From the NCBI GenBank assembly GCA_964016885.1, contig OZ024756.1:33790001-33854000 (forward strand): a DNA stretch of 64,000 nt, read 5' to 3'. Of the stretch, positions 1 to 12,549 are shown piece after piece. How positions within the stretch are numbered: the stretch's first letter is position 1; each line of letters opens with the position of its first letter. Source of the stretch: Eledone cirrhosa. Taxonomy: Eukaryota. The notes beneath the pieces were generated by a model that saw nothing but the letters and a program-made list of their open reading frames with translations, searched no databases and was not told where the DNA came from. The translations under genes were made by a program, and so were the position numbers.

Positions 1-78
1 AATAAGATTCAAAATTGAAATGCCAATAAGGGAGTTGAATAATCAAAACCGTAGCGGTATGTCATATATCAAATCATA

Positions 79-195
79 TATTTTGTCTCATGAGGACGTA
101 CTGAAAAAACAGAACAGTAGCTTTGAGATATATATAATAAAGTATATATTTTGATTATGCGAATATTTTTCATTTGTTAACATTTTGAATAATAT
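79..195 (+). mobile_element. Degenerate copy of hammerhead-bearing (TA)n-embedded element, family E (relative of 63570-63870)
   Basis: attttgt-CTCATGA-ggacgtactg...cagtagcttt-GAGA-tatata-TA-ataaagta matches the 63616-63682 ribozyme with two core mutations. Its 3' flank ...ttgttaacattttgaataat runs into (TA)n. Confidence 0.6.
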
Positions 196-436
196 ATATA
201 TATATATATATATATTAATAAAATAAATAAAAGGCCTCGGGCGCACCCGAACTACACCGATGTCCTGTAATTCAGCGCCGAAACATCGGTTCGGGATACA
301 TATACAGCTGACGATGGAAACTCCTTTCTTACCCTCTCCTCCGTCCTAACCACCATCCTAAACCTTGTTTTTAGTAACCACACAGCTCCTTTCGTTTCAT
401 AACCTTTTGTAAATATATATATATATATATATATAT

Positions 437-646
437 AACAAAGGAATTGTGGTAAGGAACCAGATGGACCATAACGCACCAGAGTACTCAATGCGTAGTA
501 GAGTGGGAAATAGGAAAAAGTATGACCCCGACGGCAGAGCTCAAGCCGTTTCGACGGCTATTTTTGGACTCGAAATAGCCGTCGAAATAGTCCAGAAATA
601 GCCGTCGAAACGGCTTGAGCTCTGCCGTCGGGGTCATACTTTTTCC

Positions 647-648
<2 letters not shown>
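437..648. mobile_element. Family A fold-back element in (TA)n, carrying the 3' half of a hammerhead (Penelope-like pLTR-type)
   Basis: Inverted arms 511-570 and 589-648. Contains GAAAcggc-ttgagctct-gccgTC (stem III plus GUC site). (TA)n on both sides; several other copies in the window. Confidence 0.75.
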
Positions 649-706
<58 letters not shown>

Positions 707-1206
707 GTCAGGAATGTCCTGAAATAATGTTGTTAATAATTAAAGATTTGGGGCAATTCAATATAACGACGTTTACCATTGTTAAATTAAGGTTCGAGGC
801 ATAATTTAACAAGTATTCATACATTAAATTTTGATGGAAAGTTTTGTAGACAACTAGAAGCCTTTTAAAACAAACGATTTTATATCATAGAGCTAGAGCC
901 ACGTTCAGGGTTTTTGTGGTTTCAAATGGGTTAAGTTTATTTAACTTACAATCAGCCACCACTGATGAAGTTTAGCTTCAAAGTTTGTCAGTAGTGTCAC
1001 AAATATTAACAATACAAGATGTCAATATTTAAACACCATATACGCATATAGTGAAATGATTTTTAATTAAAATGTTATCGTTAATAATATCTCTTGTATA
1101 GTTGACATTTAATATTAAAGCTTAGTGTTACATCTTCAACAGATACATGACATGTTGATAGAACGCTGATGTACTGATACAGCACTTGCAACTACTAAAT
1201 CACAAT

Positions 1207-1452
1207 TTAACCCTTTAACATTTACATTACTCTATAATTACAAAAACGGCTTAAAGAGAATAACAATATCGACAGTAAATATTGTAAGGTGTTTGAGTTA
1301 AGATTTAGATTATATTTTCATGAAGGTTTTACCTCACCTAATTATCACGCATAATATTGAATCTATGATATTTTGATATTATTTATTTTGAGAACAACAC
1401 TTTAACATCAGTATGAATGGCCGGTTACTGCTGGTTTGCACAGAAAAGGGTG
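1207..1452 (+). mobile_element. Possible degenerate piggyBac-type MITE
   Basis: Starts TTAAccctttaacatt and ends ...ggtttgcacagaaaagggtga (decayed TIR). A similar ...aaatgggTTAA end lies near 933. Confidence 0.3.
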
Positions 1453-1757
1453 AGAGAGTTTTGGACGGATCATGCTACCAATAAAAACAGACGCAGCTGT
1501 TGGTTTTCACTTCAATGTATTACAAATTTCCGGTTGCTTGTTTCAATAACCGGATGGTTATTTATTTATTGTTAAAGCTCTTTCGTCAAACATACTATGA
1601 CCTCCTCAGTGACTGATTTCTTATTTTGTATCTCTTTCTGTCTATCCTACACCATTTTTAAAAACATGTTGTATATATACATACATACAAACATGCATAC
1701 ATACATACATACATACATACATACATACATACATACATACATACATACATACATACA

Positions 1758-1788
<31 letters not shown>

Positions 1789-2197
1789 CATACATACATA
1801 CATACATACATACATACATACATACATACATACATAATCTAGGCAGCATAGTGATGGAAAAGAAATATTACTATATATAAATCAAATATAAAAAAAACAG
1901 CGAACCGCTGCTTATTTATTCTCTGCATAACTTCGTGTCATATTTATTTAGCAATCAGCTCACTATAGTGATGCTACTGTCGAGAATCACGCAACAAGAA
2001 CATATCTAATAAAAACGAAACAAATATATAAATACAAACTGAACACTGTAAAAAAGTAAATATCACCATCCAGAAACATTACCAACGATTTGTAAAGTTT
2101 TAGGGGAGAGCAAGATAATAACTAGTAAAAAAATATGTATTTATCGTTTATCATTTTAAAGGATAATGGATAATATCCATCTTAAAATCGAATGTGT

Positions 2198-2254
<57 letters not shown>

Positions 2255-2512
2255 CGGAAAAAATGAAACGAAATTTCATTTCCCACTCTTAGTACGGCTG
2301 TTACTTAAATATAAGTATGTACACGTACATACATATATGTATGCAGACGTACAGTAGTATGCATATATACATACATGCACACATATATAAATGTACGTAT
2401 GGATTCACCGAACATTTATTATAATGCTCGGTGTGTTTGTAAACAAGCATCCCGTTTTAAGCCGTAGTGTCTAGCAACCATCGTTGCTCGTTTGTTCAAC
2501 ACTGACAAAGGA

Positions 2513-2555
2513 ACGCTGTACTAGTTTCAAGCTTATTAGCTATCGTCAGCAACGT
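2513..2555 (-). ncRNA. Minimal type I hammerhead ribozyme (family C, left arm)
   Basis: Exact reverse complement of the 2809-2851 motif. Confidence 0.75.
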
Positions 2556-2808
2556 ATACCTTCCTGCCAGATTGTTGAACGTATATACTTACCTTATGCA
2601 TATTAACGGCTGAGTAGCCCAATTTTCATATCGAATGGGTTAATCGGCCGGGTGCACTGAAAACGATAAATAGAAAAAATGAAACGAAATTTCATTTCCC
2701 ACTCTTAGTACGGCTGTTACTTAACCCACTCGATATGCAAATTGGGCTACTCAGCCGTTAATATGCATAAGGTAAGTATATACGTTCAACAATCTGGGAG
2801 GAAGGTAT

Positions 2809-2851
2809 ACGTTGCTGACGATAGCTAATAAGCTTGAAACTAGTACAGCGT
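2809..2851 (+). ncRNA. Minimal type I hammerhead ribozyme (family C, right arm)
   Basis: acgttg-CTGACGA-tagct(aata)agctt-GAAA-ctag-TA-cagcgt. Stem I acgttg/cagcgt, stem II agct/agct closed by U.U, palindromic stem III ACTAGT, predicted GUA cleavage after 2845. Confidence 0.8.
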
Positions 2852-2991
2852 TCCTTTGTCAGTGTTGAACAAACGAGCAACGATGGTTGCTAGACACTTT
2901 CGGCTTAATACGGGATGTTTGTTTACAAACACACCGAGCATTATAATAAATGTTCGGTGAATCCATATATATATATATATATATATACACA

Positions 2992-3073
<82 letters not shown>

Positions 3074-3076
3074 CAC

Positions 3077-3124
<48 letters not shown>

Positions 3125-3240
3125 GTGTATATATATATATATATGTGTGTATGTATATGTATATGTATATGTGTATATATGTATATATATGTATATATAT
3201 ATATATATATATGTGTATATATATACATATATATATATAG

Positions 3241-3849
3241 TGTCAGGTCACCAGTTGGTGCTACTGGTAACATGTATCCCAGTACAACCTGTCTCATGGT
3301 CGGGTCGTTGGCGACTAAACTGGCAACCCCACCAAGGTTTCTTGGGGAGGAGGGTGACTTTGGACATCCTGCAGGACTAAAAACGAAACCTGTCAAAGGG
3401 CAAAGGAGCTCTTAAGAGTCAATGGCCATCCAAAATCACCGGGAGAGATGACCCCTTAGCCTTTGTCAAGGCAGAATTCTAGGAGAAGGAAAACTCTGAT
3501 ATAACACCTGCAACCCTGATGGTATCCAATGATGTTGACTTGTTCTTCTTTTTGGTAAATATCATCTTGGTTAAGAGAGTGGGACTGGCTTTGTGCAATG
3601 CCTTTGCTCACTATAAAAGCTTCACGGCACAGGCATTGCTTTATATCTGGAGATCTCTCTGCACTTGTCGTCACATGGTACCATGGGCCCAGCACTATGT
3701 GTCAATAATTGTCACAGGTGTAGTGTTTGTACCAGAGTTTTCAAGTCACTGGCTGGACTAAAAAGTCACACTTGTTCAGGGCATCGGTAGGGGTTCTCCT
3801 ACATGGATATAAAGTAGTGGCCGTACTCGAAAACGAGTTGGCAGCCACC
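3241..3849 (+). mobile_element. Non-autonomous RTE-clade LINE derivative (5' UTR joined to 3' end)
   Basis: RTE-like 5' UTR motif ctaggagaaggaaaactctgat (~3479-3500, from recall). 3719-3790 encodes [23 protein letters not shown], a C2H2-like finger as at RTE ORF C-termini. Flanked by (TA)n. Confidence 0.55.
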
Positions 3850-3904
<55 letters not shown>

Positions 3905-4059
3905 CATATATACACATATACATATACATATATATATATACATATATACACATATACATATACATATATATATATACATATATACACATATACATGCAGC
4001 CTTAACTTAGTTATCAAGGACCTTCAGCGTGATACAGATTATGGCCATTTTCCATTTCC

Positions 4060-4177
4060 AGCGTAATAGAATGAAATAAAGTGTCGTGTTGAGACACACG
4101 ACGCACTGCTGGAAATCAAACGCACCACTTATACCATCGTGATCAAAGCACCCTATGCACGAAGCCACGTGTCTTCA
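4060..4177 (-). mobile_element. SINE family S2, degenerate 5' part
   Basis: Similar to the head of 15928-16212 (gtgaagacacgtggc... and ...caacacgacactttatttca on the minus strand). Confidence 0.5.
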
Positions 4178-4523
4178 CTATAATATCCAGTGGTTGATCA
4201 AATAAAGATACCAAGTGGGGTTAAACATATGGAGGCCTAAAAAAGATAAATTTATATGATGCTTATCCGTTGTGACTAGTTTATTCTCATGCTGCGTGCC
4301 ATGATGTGTAACGACCAGTATAATGTGTTGCGAGTGTATTGATGATGAATAACCAAAGTAAAAACAACTTTGTGTCAAGATGCATTATTAATTTTCTGTC
4401 GGAATTATGAATTACTGAGACAGACACAAGACAACAAGTCATATTTATTAATATTTTATTGAGAATGATTTTAGAAACTTGAAAGTAGCAAATAATTCTG
4501 GGTTGCTTTATAGAAGAAATAAA

Positions 4524-4640
4524 ATTGGAGTGGAGTTGGCCGGCCGCAGGTGCGAGTACAGCGATGTGGAGTGGCTATTCCAGCGCATTACCCTCACAGT
4601 CCTCTGGGGCAGTGTATTCTCCATCCTGTCGGCCGGAACC
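4524..4640 (+). mobile_element. CRE-clade non-LTR retrotransposon 3' fragment
   Basis: Encodes IGVELAGRRCEYSDVEWLFQRITLTVLWGSVFSILSAG, matching the 30551-30889 fragment. Confidence 0.7.
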
Positions 4641-4799
4641 CAAAGGCAGAAGGTAAGTTTGTGGGGGATACTCTTCCGGACGTTACATTCTCACTAGTCA
4701 CATATATAAAAACTAGCTATCATCCATAAATTTTTGTTTGGATTTAGTATCGATCCTCTAGATAGAGCTGCTCAACGTTACCAAACTTAGACCAATTAC

Positions 4800-5070
4800 A
4801 TTAATTGTCAAGTCAAGAGTACTCAAACTATACGGTCATATAAAATGATCAACTCGTGGTGTGAGTAGTTTTTTCCTGGGAGGAAGGTTGACTGGTAAGA
4901 GAAGCAGAGGCCAGCAGCCAAAACAATGGCTTGGTAGTGTCAACTTATGGACTGGACTGCTGGTGATCGAACTTTGTGGAGAAAAATATCTCATGTTGAA
5001 GCGCGGTCTGCATCTGGTGGAGTTTTGCGTCACAAGAATCTATCCTCTGCCAACGGCCACCAGACACCAC
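4800..5070 (+). mobile_element. RTE-clade LINE 3' fragment (decayed ORF C-terminus)
   Basis: LKLYGHIK*STRGVSSFFLGGRLTGKRSRGQQPKQWLGSVNLWTGL fits the GH..R / GKR.RGR...W...V..WTG pattern of RTE ORF ends. Confidence 0.65.
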
Positions 5071-5465
5071 TCTATTCCTTCCAATGTCATTATATATCAT
5101 ACCAAAATGGTGACCTTCAGAATAGATGTGCATACATACTCACACATATAAGTTTAAATACGAGATAAACTTATCTTTTGGATCAAGGACGAGGCAACCA
5201 ACTTAATGATGTTGCCAAGATTAAATGCATCTGGTACACTCAATAAAGAGGTAATGCTGGTTCCGCTATAAACTGAAACCCTGTAAAATTTATAATGTGG
5301 TTGGTGTTAGGAAGCACGCGTAGCAAAAGAACTAATGCCAAAATAAAACGTATCTATGCGAGATTGACATGGGGGTCATGCAATATCTATAAAAGGACAG
5401 TAGTTCTCATTAAGTACTGGCTGGATCAATAAACAATCCTTTCAGCTCACGTATGTTTGGAAATG

Positions 5466-5545
<80 letters not shown>

Positions 5546-5597
5546 GGTGAGAGATCGATAAATAGTTTTATCTATAAATATGTTTATATATATACAA

Positions 5598-5642
<45 letters not shown>

Positions 5643-5711
5643 AAACATATAGGTACATATGTAAGAATATGATACATTTATGATATATATATATATGTAT
5701 ATATATATATC

Positions 5712-5758
<47 letters not shown>

Positions 5759-5930
5759 TTTTAAAATGATATATGTATATATAAGTGTGTGTATATGTGT
5801 GTGTGTGTCTGTGTATGTGAGTGTGTAGAGTGAGGTTATATGAAACGGAATACAAATAAATCTAAAGACAAAGTCATTGTAGCAATAGTTTATTTCCATA
5901 TTTACACCCATACAAACCATACATACACAT

Positions 5931-5998
<68 letters not shown>

Positions 5999-6115
5999 AA
6001 TATATACATGTACATATACATATGTATATATGTGTATATATATAAACATGTATATACACTTTTAAATATGTATATATATATATTGAATTAGTATCGGTTT
6101 TTGTACTTTATAATT

Positions 6116-6186
6116 ATTGTTTCTACTTTAGGCACAAGGCCAGCAATTACCCAGTGCATTACTGGTACTTTATTTTATCGACCCAG
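6116..6186 (-). mobile_element. SINE family S1, 3' fragment
   Basis: Reverse complement of gtcgataaaataaagtaccagtaatgcactgggtaattgctggccttgtgcctaaagtagaaacaat. Confidence 0.85.
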
Positions 6187-6265
6187 TACTTTATAATTAT
6201 ATGTGATTGTTTATGAAGTTAGTGTAATATTAAATACAAATAAATCCGATGTGTATGTATGTACG

Positions 6266-6326
<61 letters not shown>

Positions 6327-6421
6327 TATATACACATATAACCATATATATATATATTTACAGAAATGAATATTATATATATATATAAACACATACATAT
6401 ATATATATATATGTACGTACG

Positions 6422-6465
<44 letters not shown>

Positions 6466-6546
6466 TGTGTGTGTGTGTGTGTATTATATACACATATAAC
6501 CATATATATATAAATTTACAGAAATGTATATTATATATATATATAA

Positions 6547-6608
<62 letters not shown>

Positions 6609-8376
6609 GTATATATATAAGTATGTATGTATATATATAAGTATGTATGTATGTATGTATCTGTGTGTTTATACACATATGCATATAGATATTTATTTGT
6701 ATATACGCACATATACATTATATTTATTTCTATGTGAGACACTTTGTGTGTGTTTCCTCTTCGGTCATATGAATATGTTATATGATTAAAGTAATTAAGA
6801 ATAAGCGTTAATTACACGATCTGAATAGCGACCTCTCGTTGAATTATTACGATATAGTCGAAATTCCTTGTCCAAATCAATTAACCACATAACAATGATA
6901 CTTTGCTCAATAAATAAACAACCTACACATGAAAATAAATATTTGTTTTTCCTTTATCCAAAGACAATTTGTTACATTCAATCACGATTTTCTAATCTAA
7001 AAATATATACAAAATTATTATAAAAATAAATTTGAAAAGAAAAGTTGTATATTCATGGGAAATTGATAGCGTGTTGTGCTTGCTGTATGAAAACCAATAG
7101 TTTACTTATGAATTCGATAACTCTTTCTTTCGTTTTTTTTTTTTTATTATTTTATTTTTTGCAATTCCAGAACAATTGACAAATATTTTATGAAATATAT
7201 TGAAGTTTCGAAATGGAATATTGATTTGAAATATTTTAAAGTTTTTTTTTTCTACTTATGAATAGTATGATTGGTGCTTGGTGCTAACATACTTACTGTA
7301 AAGAGGCAAGAAATATTTTTATTGAAAATTATATATATCCGTATTGTGGGGAGATAATTATTAGCTTAGACCTTTCATTATCGTATTTCTAATGAAAGAC
7401 ACTGCTGATGATTTTCAAATCATTTTTTAAATAATCAACACTTGGAAGAGTGTATTAATGTAACTAACTTCCTAACAATTAAGATGTATTTTGAACATCA
7501 TTTAACAAAGTTTCTTTCATAATATTATGATGGATATCTTTTTTTTATTTAGATAAATATAGTTATTTTAAAATGAACAATTTCGATTCAAAGAATCGGA
7601 GGCAGTTTCAAGTAGATTGCTCTCAAATGAGTTAATAAAACATTCTTGTGTAAACTTGGCCGCGTAAACAATTGAAACATTTTACTTAATTAAAATTCGT
7701 TATCACTACTAAGCATCTGGTGTTACAATAATGTTTCAATGCGTTATATATTGGGGTATAAGTAAATTGGTAGATGTTTCTATTAATTAATTATAAAGGA
7801 CTTTCCACCCACGACTCTCTGTCAATGAGGACATCGCTGGCATCTTAGATGTTGCCTCAATTAATGAATGGATTGCCGGCTGTCTCATTATTAAGAAAAA
7901 TAAATAGAAATAGAAATTATATAAATTTTACTCAGAATCTGTAGGTCAACACAGGGTGTTGCGATTTGGAATTAACTTTGAAGCCACAGCTTTACTAGAA
8001 AAGATTGCAACACCGTGTGCAATGTATAAGAGTTAAATATTTATGATTTAGAATGAAGTATAGCATGGAATTATCATCATCATCATCATCCGGTGGCCTC
8101 AGCCGGAATTGGACTCAACAATTGAACGCGCGTGGGTCTGTTGTTCATTGTCGTTGCCAAGTCCTGGCTTTCAATACCAGAATCTCTAGAGATGGTATCA
8201 GAGTAGAAGAACTTGCGTCCCCTGTTATTAGTGACTGATTGTGGTTTCCAAAGCATTAATGGGGACACAGCCTCACCGACAGCTGTTTAAGCAACGGAAC
8301 AACCTACTCATAAAATTAACACGTAAGTGGCTGAGCATTTCACATAAACGTTTCACCTTTATTATAACTGTCAATG

Positions 8377-8526
8377 CTTTGCAGCATGGAGTTACGGACC
8401 TTTACGAACTGAGTTCAAATCCTGCCGAAGTCAACTTTGCCTTTCATCCTTACGGGGTCGATAAAATAAAGTACCAGTAATGCACTGAGATAATTGCTGG
8501 CCTTGTGCCAAAAGTAGAAACAATTA
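8377..8526 (+). mobile_element. SINE family S1 (5'-truncated)
   Basis: B-box gagttcaaatcc, central gcctttcatccttacggggtcgataaaataaagtacc, tail agtagaaacaatta. Confidence 0.85.
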
Positions 8527-10500
8527 TAACCGTCAATGAGATTCAGCGTGGCACAGAGTGCAACACAACTGGTCTTTTGTTATTACAGTTTCAAGCCTTC
8601 TGCTAGGCTTCCAAACAAGTTCCGCCTATCTAGTTTTACTCACAAGGCTTGAATGAACCCGAGACTGTGGGAAATGGTACTTGCTCTAGATGCTACGCAA
8701 TGGGATCAAACTCAGGACTTAATGATTGCGAACCGGGATTCTTAAATATTCGGCCATATTGCATCTAGTAATAAGGAGATAATAACTCGATGTTAAACTG
8801 CGTATATGATGCGAGGTTTAACGATTCTTTTTGGAATAGTAATGGTTCATTTTTAGCCATGATATGTTTTTTGTTGTTTTGCAATTTCAATGAAATAGTT
8901 TGAAATGTGAGCCAAGTAATATTTTATACACCAACTATAATTAATTTGGTGTTTCATTGATGCCGATATAGAGATATTTAGACCTATATTTTCTGATAAC
9001 CAACCACTGTTGAAAGATTATGATATCGTTCTAAAAATCATTGCTTATCATGCAAACATTCATGTCGAAAATGATTAATATTCAGTCAGATGAGAAGTAT
9101 CATAAAAATGACAGATTACAATTTTTGTTCATTTTATATTTATATATATACTTATAAGATAACGCTGTTCTTTTTAAATCTTATAGTATACAAGCAAAAT
9201 TGACCAGAAATTTCTCTACCACTCTTTCTCTCACTGTCAATTACGTATTTTAAGCGATATTTATTAGACCGTATCAGAATCGAATTTCAGTTCTTAAGAG
9301 TACTACATATTTTATCTTCTACTTTTTTTTTATATATTTCACGCCCGATAATTATAACTACTCATATCTCGCTACAGATGTCTGTGTTTATAATCAATGG
9401 TGAACGTTTCTGTGATATTGGTCAATTATTCTTGCTTATAATTTGCTTCTAAACATCGGATCAATTCTAACTGACTTCCCTACACTAAACCGCTCCTACG
9501 TAATTGTATACATAGACAGTGTAATTGCGTATTTTTTTTTCAATTAGGTTATCTACTGCTATATCACAGTACACATTGCAATGTACACTATCGGTATATT
9601 TCAATTTTACGCTGATAATGTAGTTTAATTTAGTAGTATGTTTGAATGTTGCCTTTAAGCTGAAGATTTTGCCAAGTGGAAAATAACCAGCATGGAGGCA
9701 ATTCTTTAAATTGTAAATGACAAATATATTTCTTTTCTTTATTATTCAATCAATGTATGAACTACAGCACTCATAAGAATTTCCAAGATCTTTTATGGAT
9801 CATTTATTGTAACGATTGAAAGACAGATATTTGGGGACGGCCATATACGCCACCAGAAACCCAGTATTAACAATTGCTTCAAAACCATTTTCAGGGCAGA
9901 AGTGAAGAAATATTACACAAAGCAAATTCTCTCCCGACAACGCCAAAGACTCCACTGGTCATAAGACTGCAACTCTTCATCGCTTAACAAGGGATATAGG
10001 CCAATGTGCGATTGCTGGCCATGAAAACATTTACACTGTACGGCAGCTACCTTCTGCTTGATTAATTGATTGATTAATTGATATAGGTGGAAGGGAAGGT
10101 GAAATATATGATATGATCGGTAAGCTAGTTCCAATTCTTGCAGTGCAGTGGATTCTAGTAACTACAAGGACCGGGTAAAAGCGTGAAACTAGGCGATAAG
10201 TTAAGCCGACCTCTCCTCAATGTCAATTTAAATATCTAGTTGCCCATTCGGCATGACTATAAAGTGGATGTTGATCTTCCGCCTCAGAACATGTCTGATT
10301 TAGCATAAATATAATCAAAGAAAATCCAACTCTGAACATCAGACTTCGTTCCAGGCATAGATATTTCACACCCGACTACATAATCCAATATGTCCGTCCT
10401 CCTTAGGGGTGGTTTGACTGAAATGTAGTTGCTATATCTATCTAGAAGACTGTGCGACCATAAAAAGTGTCTGTAGTTGATTAAATTGGTAAATAGATAG

Positions 10501-10541
<41 letters not shown>

Positions 10542-10618
10542 TAGATATATAGATATATTGTTATTCTTTGGAGGGTCATGCTGCCAACAAATTCAAATAC
10601 GAAATATATATATATGTG

Positions 10619-10716
<98 letters not shown>

Positions 10717-10749
10717 ATATATACATAAATACATATATATATATATATT

Positions 10750-10797
10750 AAAGCAGCGATTCTTAGGTTAAACTTTAATCTGTTATTTTCATAAATA
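10750..10797 (+). mobile_element. Family B short-arm fragment in (TA)n
   Basis: aaagcagcgattcttaggttaaactttaatctgttattttcataaat matches 44960-45006. Confidence 0.7.
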
Positions 10798-10913
10798 TAT
10801 ATATACTTGTGTGTGTGAATGAAGTAATTCCGTCGGAAAGGTCTAGGAAAAAGAGTGCTCTATGTAGGTTACAGAGTTTATTAGTTATGTAATAAACAAC
10901 ATAAGATAATTAT

Positions 10914-10972
10914 TTCATTTACCAGTGGTTTCTTGAAAGCAAGCAAAATTTGCTTTCAGTCATCAGAATCAA
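10914..10972 (-). ncRNA. Type I hammerhead ribozyme (family F, inside TA-flanked element ~10820-11066)
   Basis: Minus strand: ttgatt-CTGATGA-c.tgaaagca(9 nt)tgctttca.a-GAAA-ccactgg-TA-aatgaa. 8-bp stem II, near-palindromic stem III ACCACTGGT, GUA site. tgtaataaacaacata is repeated inverted at ~11039-11054. Confidence 0.7.
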
Positions 10973-11305
10973 AAGATCCTGATGTATTTATCGACAGCGG
11001 ATTTTAAAAAAAGTTTTTAAAATCCGCTCTCCACAAAATATGTTGTTTATTACACAACAAAAAAAAATATATATATATATATACATACATACATTTATAT
11101 GGGGGCGTAGCTGTGTATGTGGGGGGGTGTATGAGTGTGTGAGGGCATGTTTGTGTATAAATATATAAAGAGAAAGATATATAACTGAGTAGAGAGATAG
11201 ATAAATGTTTAGTAGCAGTACGTAAGATAATGTGTCAGAACGACAGATAGGTAGATATGATAGGTAAGCAGTGTCGTAGAAAAGATAAATAAGTGTTAGA
11301 TAGAG

Positions 11306-11491
11306 TAATTGTTTCTATTTTAGGCACAAGGACAGCAATTACTCAGTACATTACTGGTACTTTATTTATCGACCCCGTAATAATGAAAGGCAAAGTTAAC
11401 TTCGGCCGGATTTGAACTCAGATCGTAGAGGGGACGTAACTATGCTGGAAAGCATGTCCGACCCTCTACCGATACTGCCAACTCACCGCCC
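11306..11491 (-). mobile_element. SINE family S1, full length
   Basis: A-box tggcagtatcgg and B-box gagttcaaatcc on the minus strand. gtgttagata occurs on both sides (probable TSD). Confidence 0.9.
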
Positions 11492-11750
11492 TTGTGTTAG
11501 ATATAATATGAGAAAATTACACAATATATTCATATTGTGTAATGAAGTTAAATAGTAAAATTAAGTTAAATTAAATGATTATTATAAGACAGTATCTTGT
11601 GGTTAATTAAATTAAATCTAACTTAATTTTCTCTATTCATTTTACTTTGCATTAGTAATGTATTGTGTAGTTCTGTTACTCAACCTCTCAATTCATGAAT
11701 TTTTCACTTCAATTACATTTGTGTTATTGCTACACACACACACACATATA

Positions 11751-11783
<33 letters not shown>

Positions 11784-11805
11784 GTGTATAAATATATATG
11801 TGTGT

Positions 11806-11842
<37 letters not shown>

Positions 11843-11947
11843 AATATATATATATGTTTTATATATATATGTATATATATTTATATATATATATATACTT
11901 ACATACATACATGTATGTAAGTATATATATATATATATATATATACT

Positions 11948-12006
<59 letters not shown>

Positions 12007-12008
<2 letters not shown>

Positions 12009-12092
12009 CGAAGGAAGTGTGGTAAGGAACCAGATGGACCATAACGCACCAAAGTACTCAATACTTAGGGTAGTAGAGTGGGTAATAGGAAC
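12007..12092 (-). mobile_element. Family A long-arm fragment abutting (TA)n
   Basis: Nearly identical to 45037-45122. Confidence 0.8.
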
Positions 12093-12330
12093 GTGTAGAG
12101 AAAGAGGTCTGAGTGTGTGTGTAAATGTGTGTGTTATAATAAAAATGTTTTTATACAAATCTACACGTATGATGAACGGATCGATACTAAACGGATCGAT
12201 ACTAAACGCAGGTGGATCATGACTATAATACCCCAAGCCGATAATTTGTGAAACATATGTATTGTTCGATATGGAATATAACATAAAGTGAAGCTTCGTT
12301 ATCCCGTACATAATATATACATGTGTGTAT

Positions 12331-12370
<40 letters not shown>

Positions 12371-12432
12371 GTATGTGTGTGTGTGTTGGTGGTGTGTGGT
12401 GTGTGGTGTGTGGTGTGTGGTGTGTGGTGTGT

Positions 12433-12549
<117 letters not shown>

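Larger units (their letters stand above)
2399..2966. mobile_element. Family C fold-back element: ~245-bp inverted arms around a 77-bp spacer, each arm carrying a hammerhead
   Basis: 2399-2643 is the reverse complement of 2721-2966 with only a few mismatches. Part of the spacer is also copied at ~2257-2308. Flanked by TA-rich microsatellite. Confidence 0.85.

Noticed and set aside
955-1000. CTGATGA as a possible hammerhead
   Set aside because: Followed by CAAA rather than GAAA, with no stem III; better read as a simple imperfect hairpin.
2637-2727. gggTTAA...TTAAccc as piggyBac ends
   Set aside because: The orientation is inside-out for piggyBac; these are the inner edges of the family C inverted arms.
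9790-10060. Non-repetitive, more GC-rich stretch as a possible exon
   Set aside because: Only short open frames, no recognisable protein and no convincing splice pair.
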